From an uncultured Gemmatimonadaceae bacterium (lineage in GTDB: Bacteria > Gemmatimonadota > Gemmatimonadetes > Gemmatimonadales > GWC2-71-9), in the NCBI GenBank assembly GCA_964459705.1, contig CAYWNR010000002.1:1-32905 (forward strand): DNA of 32,905 nt. The letters run 5' to 3'. This document shows positions 17,782 to 25,967 of this stretch, one piece after another; position 1 is the stretch's first letter, and each line of letters opens with the position of its first letter. The translations under genes and the position numbers were made by a program. The notes below the pieces were generated by a model. That model was not told where the DNA came from and did not search any database. It was given only the letters and a program-made list of their open reading frames with translations.

Positions 17782-18579
17782 ATGGGTTTTTCGCCGCAAC
17801 CGAATGCGTGGCAGTGTGGGCCGTACGCGCTCAAGTATGCGTTGCTGTCGCTCGCGATTCCAAGCGATGAGGCGGCGGTGACACGCGCCTCCGGCGCGAC
17901 CGAGCAGGGGACGGACGAGCGCGATCTCGATCGTGCGGCACGGCGGTATGGCTGCGTGCTCACGGTCGACCGGTGGCTCACCGAGGAAGACGCGCGCGTC
18001 GCCTTGCGTGACCATCTGGCGCGCCGCACGCCTGTGCTCCTGTGCGTCGACCAGTGGAACCATTGGATCGTTGCGGTCGGTGCCGAAGCGGATGTGGTGA
18101 TCGTGCTCGACAGCCGCAAGGCGGACGTGGTGCAAATCATCGATTGGAAGGCGCTGCTCGGGCGCGTCGCCTACCGCTCGGGCTCCGGCGCCGCTCTCTA
18201 CGATCTCCATCCGCTCGTGCCGACGCGCGTGCCGCTGGCCCGCGCGGAATTCTCGCGGGCCCGAGCGGAGTTCCTCTGCCGTCCGACCAGCCGCGCGCTG
18301 CGACGCTCCTGGGATCGCTACGTGCGTGCCCTCGTACCGTTCGCCCGGCCCCGCGGACCCCAGGCGGAATGGACCATGTTGTTGGGCAACGTCGTGCGCC
18401 AGCACACGCCTCGGGTGCTCGCCGACACCATGGAGCAGCGGCGCGCGCCGATGCGCGAGCACCTCACGCACGCGGCGTTCGTCGCCGATACCTACGCGCT
18501 CGAGGTCGGTCCGGACCAGACCGAGGCCGCACTTGCGGCCATGCGGCGCCTGGCGGACGCGGTGGTGCTGGCCGCCTGA
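17782..18579 (+). CDS. Cytoplasmic papain-fold cysteine peptidase-like protein (C39-like N-domain) with an uncharacterised helical C-terminal half
   Basis: A strong GAGGAGG Shine-Dalgarno lies 10 nt upstream of the ATG at 17782. QPNAWQCGPYAL (Gln/Cys), WNHWIVAVG (His) and VIVLDS (Asp) occur in the order expected for C39-like peptidases. No signal peptide. The C-terminal ~130 aa are unrecognised. Confidence 0.6.
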   Translation: MGFSPQPNAWQCGPYALKYALLSLAIPSDEAAVTRASGATEQGTDERDLDRAARRYGCVLTVDRWLTEEDARVALRDHLARRTPVLLCVDQWNHWIVAVGAEADVVIVLDSRKADVVQIIDWKALLGRVAYRSGSGAALYDLHPLVPTRVPLARAEFSRARAEFLCRPTSRALRRSWDRYVRALVPFARPRGPQAEWTMLLGNVVRQHTPRVLADTMEQRRAPMREHLTHAAFVADTYALEVGPDQTEAALAAMRRLADAVVLAA

Positions 18580-18585
18580 ACCGGA

Positions 18586-18604
18586 CGCTCGCGAAACGCG
18601 AGCG
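18586..18604 (+). terminator. GC-rich hairpin CGCTCGCG-aaa-CGCGAGCG immediately after the C39-like gene
   Basis: A perfect 8-bp stem with a 3-nt loop, 7 nt after the TGA at 18577-18579. There is no U-tract, so intrinsic terminator function is uncertain. Confidence 0.3.
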
Positions 18605-18679
18605 GCGTCATGCGAATTCCGGAGCGGCCAATCGGCGCCACGATACCTTTCCAGCAACCCCTGCCCGGCGACCGAGCAC

Positions 18680-20671
18680 GTGACCGCTTCCCTTTCCGAT
18701 CGACGGCGCGCGATGGTGCGCGCGATATGCGACACCCTGCTTCCGAGCATTCCCCGTGACGTGGATCCGCACGGGTACTACGCGACCGGCGCCCTGGCGG
18801 CGGGGACACCCCTGCGCGTCGAGCAGATGATGGAACGGCTCGCGAATCCTCAGGACCGTGCGCGGTTGAAGATGCTGCTGGACGTGCTCGACTCGTCGAT
18901 CGCAAACGGTATGCAAGGTCACGGGTTTCGCTCGTTCGCCGCCATGTCGCCCGAGGCGCGCGAGGCTGCGCTGCGCGGATGGGCGCATTCCCCGATCGCG
19001 CTCAAGCGCGCGGGCTTCCAGGCGCTCAAGCGGCTGTGCCAATTCGCGTATTTCTGCTGGCCGATGGCGGATGGGTCGCACCCCGCCTGGCGCGCCGTCG
19101 GCTATCCGGGCCCGCTGCCGCAGCCGGCCGAAGCGGTGGATGCGCTCCCGGCCCTGACGGTGGACGCCGACACGTCCTTCGACTGCGAGGTCGTCGTCGT
19201 GGGATCTGGGGCGGGCGGGGGCGTCGTTGCCGGCGTGCTCGCCGAGGCCGGACAGGATGTAATGGTGCTCGAGAAGGGTGGGAATCCCTCGTCGCGGGAG
19301 ATGACCCAGGTCGAGGGCGACATGTTCACCGACCTGTATCTCGACGGCGGGATGCTGATGACGCACTCGGGATCCATGCCAGTCTTGGCGGGGAGCTGCG
19401 TGGGTGGAGGCACCGTCGTCAACTGGACGACCAGCTTCGCGCTCCCACCGAGCATCCGCGCGGACTGGGACCGGCGGTCCGGCCTCCGCCTGTTCGAGAC
19501 CGAGCGGTTCGCCGAAAGCCTGCAGCGAGTTGACGCGCGCGTGAACGTGGGGACGGCGTGGACCACCCCCGGACGACGAGACGAGTTGCTGGAGCGGGGA
19601 CTGCGGGCCCACCAGTGGCACGTCGAGTCCATTCCGCGGAACGTCACTGACTGCCGCGAGGGGCTCGAGTGCGGCTACTGCGGCTATGGCTGCCGGCACG
19701 GCGCGAAGAACTCCACCGCCCGAACCTATCTGAGGGACGCGACCGGTCGTGGGGCGCGACTCGTCGCCAATTGCGATGTCAAGCGTATTCTCGTGGAGGC
19801 TGGGCGAGCGGTGGGCGTGGAAGGGAGCGTGCGCGGGCCCGACGGCCGACGGTTTCGACTCAGCGTGCGCGCGCGCGTGGTGGTCGTGGCGTGCGGCGCG
19901 CTCTACACGCCGGTGCTACTGCTGCGGTCGGGTCTCAGGAACCCGCACATCGGGCGCAACCTGCACCTCCATCCCGTGAGCGCGGTCGTCGGGGTGTTCC
20001 CAGACCGGGTCGATCCATGGGGTGGGAGCTTGCAGACGCGCTACACGAAGCAGTTCGCGGACATGGACGGCCGGGGGTACGGCGCGCGCTTCGAGACCGG
20101 TCCCATCCATTTTGCGCTGCCGGCGAGCGCCTTCGGCTGGGAGAACCCGCGCCAGCTCCGGGATGACGTGGGGAGGCTGGCCCATATCAGTGTCGTCGGC
20201 ATTCTCCTGCGCGACCGCGACACGGGCCGCGTGGCGGTCACGCGGGACGGACTCCCGCGCATCCGGTATGACGTGTCCGCGTACGATTCGGCGCACGTGC
20301 GGCGTGCGATCCGCGCCGGCGCGGAGGTGCTCGCGGCGGCCGGGGCGACCGAGGTGTTATCGCTCCAAACGCCGCCTGCGCGCGCGCGGCCCGGTAGCGG
20401 GGGGTGGCTCGATCGTTTCATGGAGCAGGCGGACGCCACGGGCTATCGCCACCTGCGGATGTCGTACATCTCGTTCCATCAGATGGCGACGGCGGCGATG
20501 GGCGCCGATCCCAGCCGCGGCGCCGTCGGAGAGACGGGAGAGACGTTCGACGTGCGTGGCCTGTACGTGGCGGATGGGAGCGTGTTCCCCGAGTCCAGCG
20601 GCGTGAATCCCATGATCACGATCATGGCGGCGGCGGACCATATTGCGCGGGCGATCGACGAGATGTCGTGA
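18680..20671 (+). CDS. GMC-family FAD oxidoreductase, long-chain-alcohol-oxidase-like
   Basis: FAD fingerprint VVVVGSGAGGGVVAGVLAEAGQDVMVLEKGG, preceded by a ~170 aa helical N-domain as in fatty alcohol oxidases. C-terminal GMC signature LYVADGSVFPESSGVNPMITIMA. The start is either the GTG at 18680 or the ATG at 18713. The listed ORF from 18326 overlaps the previous gene. Confidence 0.85.
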   Translation: MTASLSDRRRAMVRAICDTLLPSIPRDVDPHGYYATGALAAGTPLRVEQMMERLANPQDRARLKMLLDVLDSSIANGMQGHGFRSFAAMSPEAREAALRGWAHSPIALKRAGFQALKRLCQFAYFCWPMADGSHPAWRAVGYPGPLPQPAEAVDALPALTVDADTSFDCEVVVVGSGAGGGVVAGVLAEAGQDVMVLEKGGNPSSREMTQVEGDMFTDLYLDGGMLMTHSGSMPVLAGSCVGGGTVVNWTTSFALPPSIRADWDRRSGLRLFETERFAESLQRVDARVNVGTAWTTPGRRDELLERGLRAHQWHVESIPRNVTDCREGLECGYCGYGCRHGAKNSTARTYLRDATGRGARLVANCDVKRILVEAGRAVGVEGSVRGPDGRRFRLSVRARVVVVACGALYTPVLLLRSGLRNPHIGRNLHLHPVSAVVGVFPDRVDPWGGSLQTRYTKQFADMDGRGYGARFETGPIHFALPASAFGWENPRQLRDDVGRLAHISVVGILLRDRDTGRVAVTRDGLPRIRYDVSAYDSAHVRRAIRAGAEVLAAAGATEVLSLQTPPARARPGSGGWLDRFMEQADATGYRHLRMSYISFHQMATAAMGADPSRGAVGETGETFDVRGLYVADGSVFPESSGVNPMITIMAAADHIARAIDEMS

Positions 20672-20756
20672 CGGCGGGCGTGAGTGCCGGAGTACGGGAG
20701 CACGCGCCGGCCCGAGGGGAGCACCGGCTGTGCTGGAGGTCCGCGTGTTTTCTGTG

Positions 20757-22493
20757 CTACATCGAGATCGACCCCTTCCGGAAATCCGTCGGGTCCAGCC
20801 ACACGTTTACCAGCACGGGGCGCCCCGCGCGCGCCTCGGCCTGCGCGCGCTCCAACGCCGGTTGCAGTTCCTCCGGTGACGTGACCCGAATCCCGACCCC
20901 ACCGAGTCCCTCGGCGACGACATCGTAGTCCGATCGTCGCAACGCGGTGCCGACGTCGTCGCCGAGAATCGCCGTCTGGTCGCGCGCGATCTGCGCCCAC
21001 TGCGCGTCGTTCCCAACGACCGCAATCACAGGAATGCGGTGGCGGACGAACGTATCGAACTCGGCGAGACTGTAGCCGGCGGCGCCGTCGCCGTAGAGGA
21101 TCCACACTTCCGCGGTCGGGCGTGCGACGTGCGCGCCGAGCGCGAACCCCGCGCCCACGCCCAATGTGCCGAACACGCCCGGATCGAGATGCCGCAGCGG
21201 GCCGCGGGGAGCCAGGATGTACGAGGCGGTGGCGGCGAAATCTCCCCCGTCGAGCACGAAGACGCTGTCGTCCGCCGCGGCGGCGTCGATGGCCCGGCAG
21301 AGGGCGAGCGGGTTCACGTGCGCACCGCGCTCCGCGCTCCGCGCATCGATCTCGGCCTCGCGCTCCGCGTCGCGCGCGGCGAGCGTGTCGCGCCATGCGG
21401 TCCACCGAGTGCTCGGCAGGCCGTGCAAAGAGAGGGCGTGGAGAAAGCATCCGGCGTCACCGGCGGCGAGCACGCTGGGGCGGCGGTTCTGTCGGGCCTC
21501 ATCGGTGCTGCGGTTCGCGGCGACGACCACCGCGCGTGCGTTGATGTGTCGACCATAGTCGAGCCGAAAGTCACACGGCACACCGGCCAGCACGACGACG
21601 TCGGCCTCGCGCAACGCTTGCCGACGCGCGTGCCGCATCAGGAGATCCGCGCGTCGTCCCAACAGGCCGCGCGCCATGCCGGACAAGTACGTCGGAACGC
21701 CGAGCTGGCGCACCGCGTCCGCGATGCGGGAGACGCGGGCGGCATCGAGCACCGCCTGGCTGCCCACCAGCAAGACGGGGCGCTCGGCGTCACGGAGCCG
21801 AGCCGCAGCCTGGGCCACGGAACGCGGGGACGGCTCCGGTACCGCCGCGGCTGGGAGCGGTGGTGGCTCGAGATACGGGCCCGCGAACATGCGATCCAGG
21901 TGACGCCGGAGGTACCACGCCTCGACGCGTCCGCGGAAGGAGTGACGGCCGGGACCGGTGGCACCCCCATACCAGTCCCGCACAACGCTCTCCGCATAGA
22001 GCACGTCCACCGGGCACTCCAACACCGTGGGTCCCGGAACCCCGGCACGCGCGGTCACGAGCGCCCGCGTGAGCAGGGGCGCCAGGTCGCGGGCGCGATC
22101 GACGCGCGTCATCCACTTCGCGTGCGGGCGGGCGAGCGCGAGCTGGTCGATGTCCTGCAATGCGCCGCGGCCCCGTAGCACGGTCGGTGCGGCGCCGGCG
22201 ATCACCACGAGCGATGACTGGGCGAGCTGCGCGTTCTTGAGCGCGGTGATGGTGTTCGTGAGACCCGGGCCCGCGGTGACCGCCGCCACTCCCGGCGTCC
22301 CGGTGAGTCGGGCCGCCGCATCGGCGGCAAAGACGGCGGTGGCCTCGTGGCGCACGTCGAGCACCGTGAGGCCGTGGGACTTGGCGCCAACCAGCACGGG
22401 CGAGATATGGCCCCCGCACAGGGTGAAGAGTGCGCGGATCCCCGAGTCAGCGAGCACGCGGGCGAGCCGCGCGCCGCCGTCGGCCCGCGTCAC
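20757..22493 (-). CDS. Thiamine-pyrophosphate-dependent enzyme (acetolactate synthase / oxalyl-CoA decarboxylase / sulfoacetaldehyde acetyltransferase superfamily)
   Basis: N-terminal PYR domain ([38 protein letters not shown]). C-terminal PP domain with a GDG..(N) type TPP motif ([35 protein letters not shown]). The GTG start overlaps the upstream stop (GTGA). Confidence 0.85.
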   Translation of the reverse strand: MTRADGGARLARVLADSGIRALFTLCGGHISPVLVGAKSHGLTVLDVRHEATAVFAADAAARLTGTPGVAAVTAGPGLTNTITALKNAQLAQSSLVVIAGAAPTVLRGRGALQDIDQLALARPHAKWMTRVDRARDLAPLLTRALVTARAGVPGPTVLECPVDVLYAESVVRDWYGGATGPGRHSFRGRVEAWYLRRHLDRMFAGPYLEPPPLPAAAVPEPSPRSVAQAAARLRDAERPVLLVGSQAVLDAARVSRIADAVRQLGVPTYLSGMARGLLGRRADLLMRHARRQALREADVVVLAGVPCDFRLDYGRHINARAVVVAANRSTDEARQNRRPSVLAAGDAGCFLHALSLHGLPSTRWTAWRDTLAARDAEREAEIDARSAERGAHVNPLALCRAIDAAAADDSVFVLDGGDFAATASYILAPRGPLRHLDPGVFGTLGVGAGFALGAHVARPTAEVWILYGDGAAGYSLAEFDTFVRHRIPVIAVVGNDAQWAQIARDQTAILGDDVGTALRRSDYDVVAEGLGGVGIRVTSPEELQPALERAQAEARAGRPVLVNVWLDPTDFRKGSISM

Positions 22494-23596
22494 CCTTGGG
22501 TCGCCATCCCCGACGCCTTGCGGCCGGCCCGCGTCACGCGTTCAGGACACGCGTCGGTATCGAGCAGCACGCGCGCCATTCGCACACTCCGATCGACCAA
22601 CTCCCGGGCGCCGTCATGCAGCTCCTGACTCTCCCGCACGACCTCCACGTTCACTTCCATATCCTCGGCGGTCCACCCTCGACTGTGCCCGATGAAGGGA
22701 AACTGCGGAAAGGCGCATCCCAGCTCGCCGAAGAACGTGAGCATCTGGCCCGCCACGGCCTGCACGTTGTCCTGCCCACCCGTGATCACGAACGCGGCGA
22801 CCTTGTTCCGCAACAGCACCCGGTTCCGGAGGGTGATCTGATTCTGCACGCAATTGAGACGCTCCGCCATCTTGTAATAGAGCGAGCTGGCATTGCCCCA
22901 CCGAATCGGCGTCGCGACCAGAATCACGTCTCCCCAGAACACGATCCCCTCATATACCGCCTCCATCTGGTCTTCGGGGTCCATCTGGGTGATCGAACAG
23001 GGCCAGGTGCACGCGTGTGCGCTCTTGGAGTAGTAGCCCTCGCAATGGCGGAACCGTAGATCGGTGAGCCGGAGCATACGTGTCTCGGCGTCGAGCTTGT
23101 CCGCTGCGTGGTCGAGTGCGGTTTGGAGCAGCGCCTCCGAGGTCGAGTAGCGCGGGTTGGCGCGGTCCATGTTCGTGGTGGAGATGCCAAGCACCCGGAT
23201 CGGACCGAGGACGCGTTCGAGCTTGCGCTCCAGCGGATGCGGGTCGTGTGCCGGCTTGTGTCGCCGGACCACGGGCTGCGCGCTCACCAAGAGCCGACCG
23301 TTCTCTTCCTTGAGCGCGTGCTGGGGGACCTGATCCTCTTCGAACCCTGGCTCGCCGTGTCCCTTCACCCGATGGTACTTGTAGTTGTGCCACGGGCAGA
23401 TGATGAACTCGCCGTCGAGGTGGCCGTTGCCGAGGGGGCCGGCGGCGTGGTTGCATACGCCGGAAACGGCTCCGAATTGCCCGTCCGCGTAGGAGAGCGC
23501 AATGGTCAGACGCCCGATCGTGATTTGCCGCAGGGGCTGACGCTTCAACTCCTCGGTTGGGCCAAGGTCGTGCCACTCGTCAGCCGGTTGGGCCAT
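22490..23596 (-). CDS. Fusion protein: N-terminal Rieske [2Fe-2S] domain + C-terminal flavodoxin-fold NADPH-dependent FMN reductase / iron-sulfur-flavoprotein-like domain
   Basis: Rieske ligands CNH(x17)CPWH. The second half reads [10 protein letters not shown]..., [34 protein letters not shown], typical of FMN_red/Isf-like proteins, with an extra Cys cluster [25 protein letters not shown] Shine-Dalgarno upstream of the ATG. Confidence 0.8.
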   Translation of the reverse strand: MAQPADEWHDLGPTEELKRQPLRQITIGRLTIALSYADGQFGAVSGVCNHAAGPLGNGHLDGEFIICPWHNYKYHRVKGHGEPGFEEDQVPQHALKEENGRLLVSAQPVVRRHKPAHDPHPLERKLERVLGPIRVLGISTTNMDRANPRYSTSEALLQTALDHAADKLDAETRMLRLTDLRFRHCEGYYSKSAHACTWPCSITQMDPEDQMEAVYEGIVFWGDVILVATPIRWGNASSLYYKMAERLNCVQNQITLRNRVLLRNKVAAFVITGGQDNVQAVAGQMLTFFGELGCAFPQFPFIGHSRGWTAEDMEVNVEVVRESQELHDGARELVDRSVRMARVLLDTDACPERVTRAGRKASGMATQG

Positions 23597-23618
23597 GGTT
23601 CGCTCCTTTCGCTGGTGC

Positions 23619-23690
23619 GGCGGCCCCGGCAGCCCCGGCAGCCCCGGCGGCCCCGGCGGACCCGACGGCCCCGACGGCCCCGACGGACCC
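23619..23690. repeat. Eight tandem copies of a degenerate 9-bp unit (plus strand GRCNGVCCC; minus strand GGGNCYGYC)
   Basis: Read directly: ggcggcccc ggcagcccc ggcagcccc ggcggcccc ggcggaccc gacggcccc gacggcccc gacggaccc. It fills most of the 102-nt spacer between the class V PLP enzyme gene and the Rieske fusion gene. Confidence 0.9.
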
Positions 23691-23698
23691 GTGGGACT

Positions 23699-24961
23699 TT
23701 ACCCGATACTGCCCGCTCCGTGTGTCGCCAGCGCCGCGACGCCGCTCAGGAGGCGATCAACTTCCTCCTCGGAGGTATAGCATGCGCACCCGGCTCGCAC
23801 GAGCCCATGCGGGTGCAGTCCGAGGCGCTCGATGACGGTGTGCGCGTAGAAGTCGCCGTGCGAGCAGTAGACGCCGGTTTCCGCTAAGTGACGGGCGACG
23901 GTCTCACTCGAGGTATCGGCGACGGTGAAGCCGACCGTCGGCGTGCGCGGTCGGTCCGGTGTCGGTCCATACAGGCGCACGCCCGGGATCTCGGCGAGGC
24001 CGGTCCAGAGTCGGTGCAGCAACCGTTCTCCGCGCGCGTGCAGCCCATCGTACGTGACGGCCAGCCGCTCGCGCAGCGATGTCGGGCCCTCCGCGAGGGA
24101 GGCGAGCCACTCGACGGCCGCTGCCCCCCCGACGATGCCCTCGTGGTTCAGTGTGCCGGTCTCCGCCCGTTCGGGCGGATCGTGGGATGCCGGGATCAGC
24201 CTCGGGAAATCGGCGGCGGCCAGCAGATCACGACGGAGCCAGAGCACGCCGACGTGCGGTCCGTAGAACTTGTACGCGGAGCAAACAAACCCGTCGCAGC
24301 CGAGGGCGCCCACGTCGGGAAGCGCGTGCGGCGCGAAGTGCACGCCGTCCACGAACGCCAGCGCGCCGACGGTTCGCGCGCGCGCGACGGCTCGCGAGAG
24401 ATCATTGACCGTCCCGATTGCATTGGACGCGGCGCCAACGGCAACGAGGCGCGTGCGGGATGTGATCTGGTCGCCGAAATGGTCCCAATCCACCTGCCCG
24501 GTTTCCGGGATCATGCGCGCGGTGCGGACGACCAGGCCGAAGTCCCGCGCGGCCTCGACCCACGGCGCCACGTTGCCGTGGTGATCCAACTCGGTCACGA
24601 CGATCTCGTCACCACGCGCCCAGCCGCGCGCGAGCGCCCGCGCTACGTGCATCGTCAGGACCGTCATGTTGGCGCCGAACACGATCTCATCGGCTCGTCC
24701 GCCGAGAAAATCGGCGAAGACCTCCCGCGCATGCTCGAGCGCCGCATCCGTCTCGGCGCTGGTGGGATATGCCCAATGGGTGTTGGCGTTGTGGTGGTAG
24801 AGGTAATCCACTATCGCGTCGGCCACGGGGCGCGGGACCTGCGTGCCTCCGGGCCCGTCGAAGTACGCAACGGGGTGGCCGTTGTCCTCACGCGTCAGGG
24901 CGGGGAATGCCTGGCGGGTGCGGTCGAGCGAAGCGATACGGGTGGCTTGGTGTGGTTTCAT
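23699..24961 (-). CDS. Class V PLP-dependent aminotransferase / cysteine desulfurase-like protein (VC1184-like subfamily)
   Basis: FPAL...VAYFDGPGGTQVPRPV, HHNANTH, FGANMTVLT, GDEIVVTELDHHGNVAPW, RLVAVGAASNAIGTVND, and SAYKFYGPH (PLP lysine region). Confidence 0.85.
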   Translation of the reverse strand: MKPHQATRIASLDRTRQAFPALTREDNGHPVAYFDGPGGTQVPRPVADAIVDYLYHHNANTHWAYPTSAETDAALEHAREVFADFLGGRADEIVFGANMTVLTMHVARALARGWARGDEIVVTELDHHGNVAPWVEAARDFGLVVRTARMIPETGQVDWDHFGDQITSRTRLVAVGAASNAIGTVNDLSRAVARARTVGALAFVDGVHFAPHALPDVGALGCDGFVCSAYKFYGPHVGVLWLRRDLLAAADFPRLIPASHDPPERAETGTLNHEGIVGGAAAVEWLASLAEGPTSLRERLAVTYDGLHARGERLLHRLWTGLAEIPGVRLYGPTPDRPRTPTVGFTVADTSSETVARHLAETGVYCSHGDFYAHTVIERLGLHPHGLVRAGCACYTSEEEVDRLLSGVAALATHGAGSIG

Positions 24962-25107
24962 GACAGGACCGAATGTGTGTGAGGCTTAGGAGTCTACGCG
25001 AGTGTGGTCGGTGAATGAAGGCGGTCAGGCGGTCAGAGATCTTGCCCGAGGGCTTGAAACGCCCATCGTCCCGTAGCGCCTACCCCCCCCATCCGCCTAT
25101 CCGCCCT

Positions 25108-25824
25108 TCAGCCCAAGGTGCGGATGATCACCACGATGCTCGACAACCCCGAGATGGCGAGTACGGCGGGCCTCGTGTATCCGCGATCGAGCACGCGCGC
25201 GAGCTTCCGGGAAATCGCGTACCCGAGCAGGACGCCGGGGACGAGCGCCGCCGCCGCTCGGAGCCCCGGCCAGCCGAAATGCCCGGTGAGGTGCAGGCCA
25301 ATGAGGGAAAGCGTCACGCCCACCAGGAAATACGCGGCGAGCGTTCCCCGCAGCTGGGGGCCCGGCTCGCGTTGATAGAGCAGTGCCATGGGCGGCCCCC
25401 CGGTGGAGACGACGGTGCCGAGGATGCCGGACAACAAGCCCGCGACAATGAGGGTCCTCGGTGCCGGGGAGACGTGCAGGCCGGATGCGCTGAGAAGGAC
25501 GGCCACCAGCACCAGGACGCCAGACCACAGCGACAGCGCGTTCGTGGTCGTCACCGCCAGGAGGACCGCCGCGCAGCCGATACCCAACACGCGTCCACTC
25601 AAAGCCCACGCCAAGTGGCGCCGGTTGATGCCGCGACGGTGGAGATGCGTGAGCAGGAGCGTCAGGACGGTCGAGGACGCGAGTATCGGGCCGGGAACGA
25701 GCGATGGCGCGATCAGGAGCAGCAGCGGGACGGCGAACAAACCGAACCCGAACCCGACGGCGCCCTGTACCGCGGCTCCGACGGCGACGATCGCGCTCGC
25801 GGCGATGAAGACTGCGACGCTCAC
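25108..25824 (-). CDS. TauE/SafE family (DUF81) anion/sulfite exporter membrane protein
   Basis: A polytopic hydrophobic protein with the family-typical N-terminus (GAAVQGAVGFGFGLFAVPLLLL) and internal repeat (GILGTVVSTGGPPMALLY). The listed ORF reaches 25926, but that extension covers a terminator-like hairpin. I prefer the GTG at 25824 (VSVAVFIAAS). Confidence 0.8.
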   Translation of the reverse strand: MSVAVFIAASAIVAVGAAVQGAVGFGFGLFAVPLLLLIAPSLVPGPILASSTVLTLLLTHLHRRGINRRHLAWALSGRVLGIGCAAVLLAVTTTNALSLWSGVLVLVAVLLSASGLHVSPAPRTLIVAGLLSGILGTVVSTGGPPMALLYQREPGPQLRGTLAAYFLVGVTLSLIGLHLTGHFGWPGLRAAAALVPGVLLGYAISRKLARVLDRGYTRPAVLAISGLSSIVVIIRTLG

Positions 25825-25908
25825 TGCGGGGACGATGGGAGAGTGATGGGAGGCATCGGGTGGCGCGGAATGTTGCCGGTCATGGGGGGGCAGGCAAGCC
25901 CTGAACAC

Positions 25909-25945
25909 GCGAAAACGGCCCAGCACAGGGCCGGGCCGTTTTCGC
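25909..25945 (-). terminator. Perfect 12-bp hairpin (GCGAAAACGGCC / GGCCGTTTTCGC, 13-nt loop) downstream of the secreted-protein gene
   Basis: It begins 23 nt after the minus-strand stop at 25968-25970. The T-run is inside the 3' arm rather than after it. Confidence 0.5.
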
Positions 25946-25967
25946 TATGTGGTGCTCGTCGGGCCGC

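Noticed and set aside
20672-20756. Terminator between the convergent GMC oxidoreductase and TPP-enzyme genes
   Set aside because: Only short (4-5 bp) imperfect stems are visible (for example AGCACcggctGTGCT), and there is no convincing U-tract on either strand.
23557-23835. Plus-strand ORFs translating the 9-bp repeat as PAAPAAPAAPADPTAPTAP or GGPGSPGSPGGPGGPDGPDGPDGP (collagen-like)
   Set aside because: They run antisense into the 3' end of the PLP-enzyme gene and the 5' end of the Rieske gene, and they lack a ribosome-binding site. The repeat is better explained as an intergenic or linker element on the minus strand.
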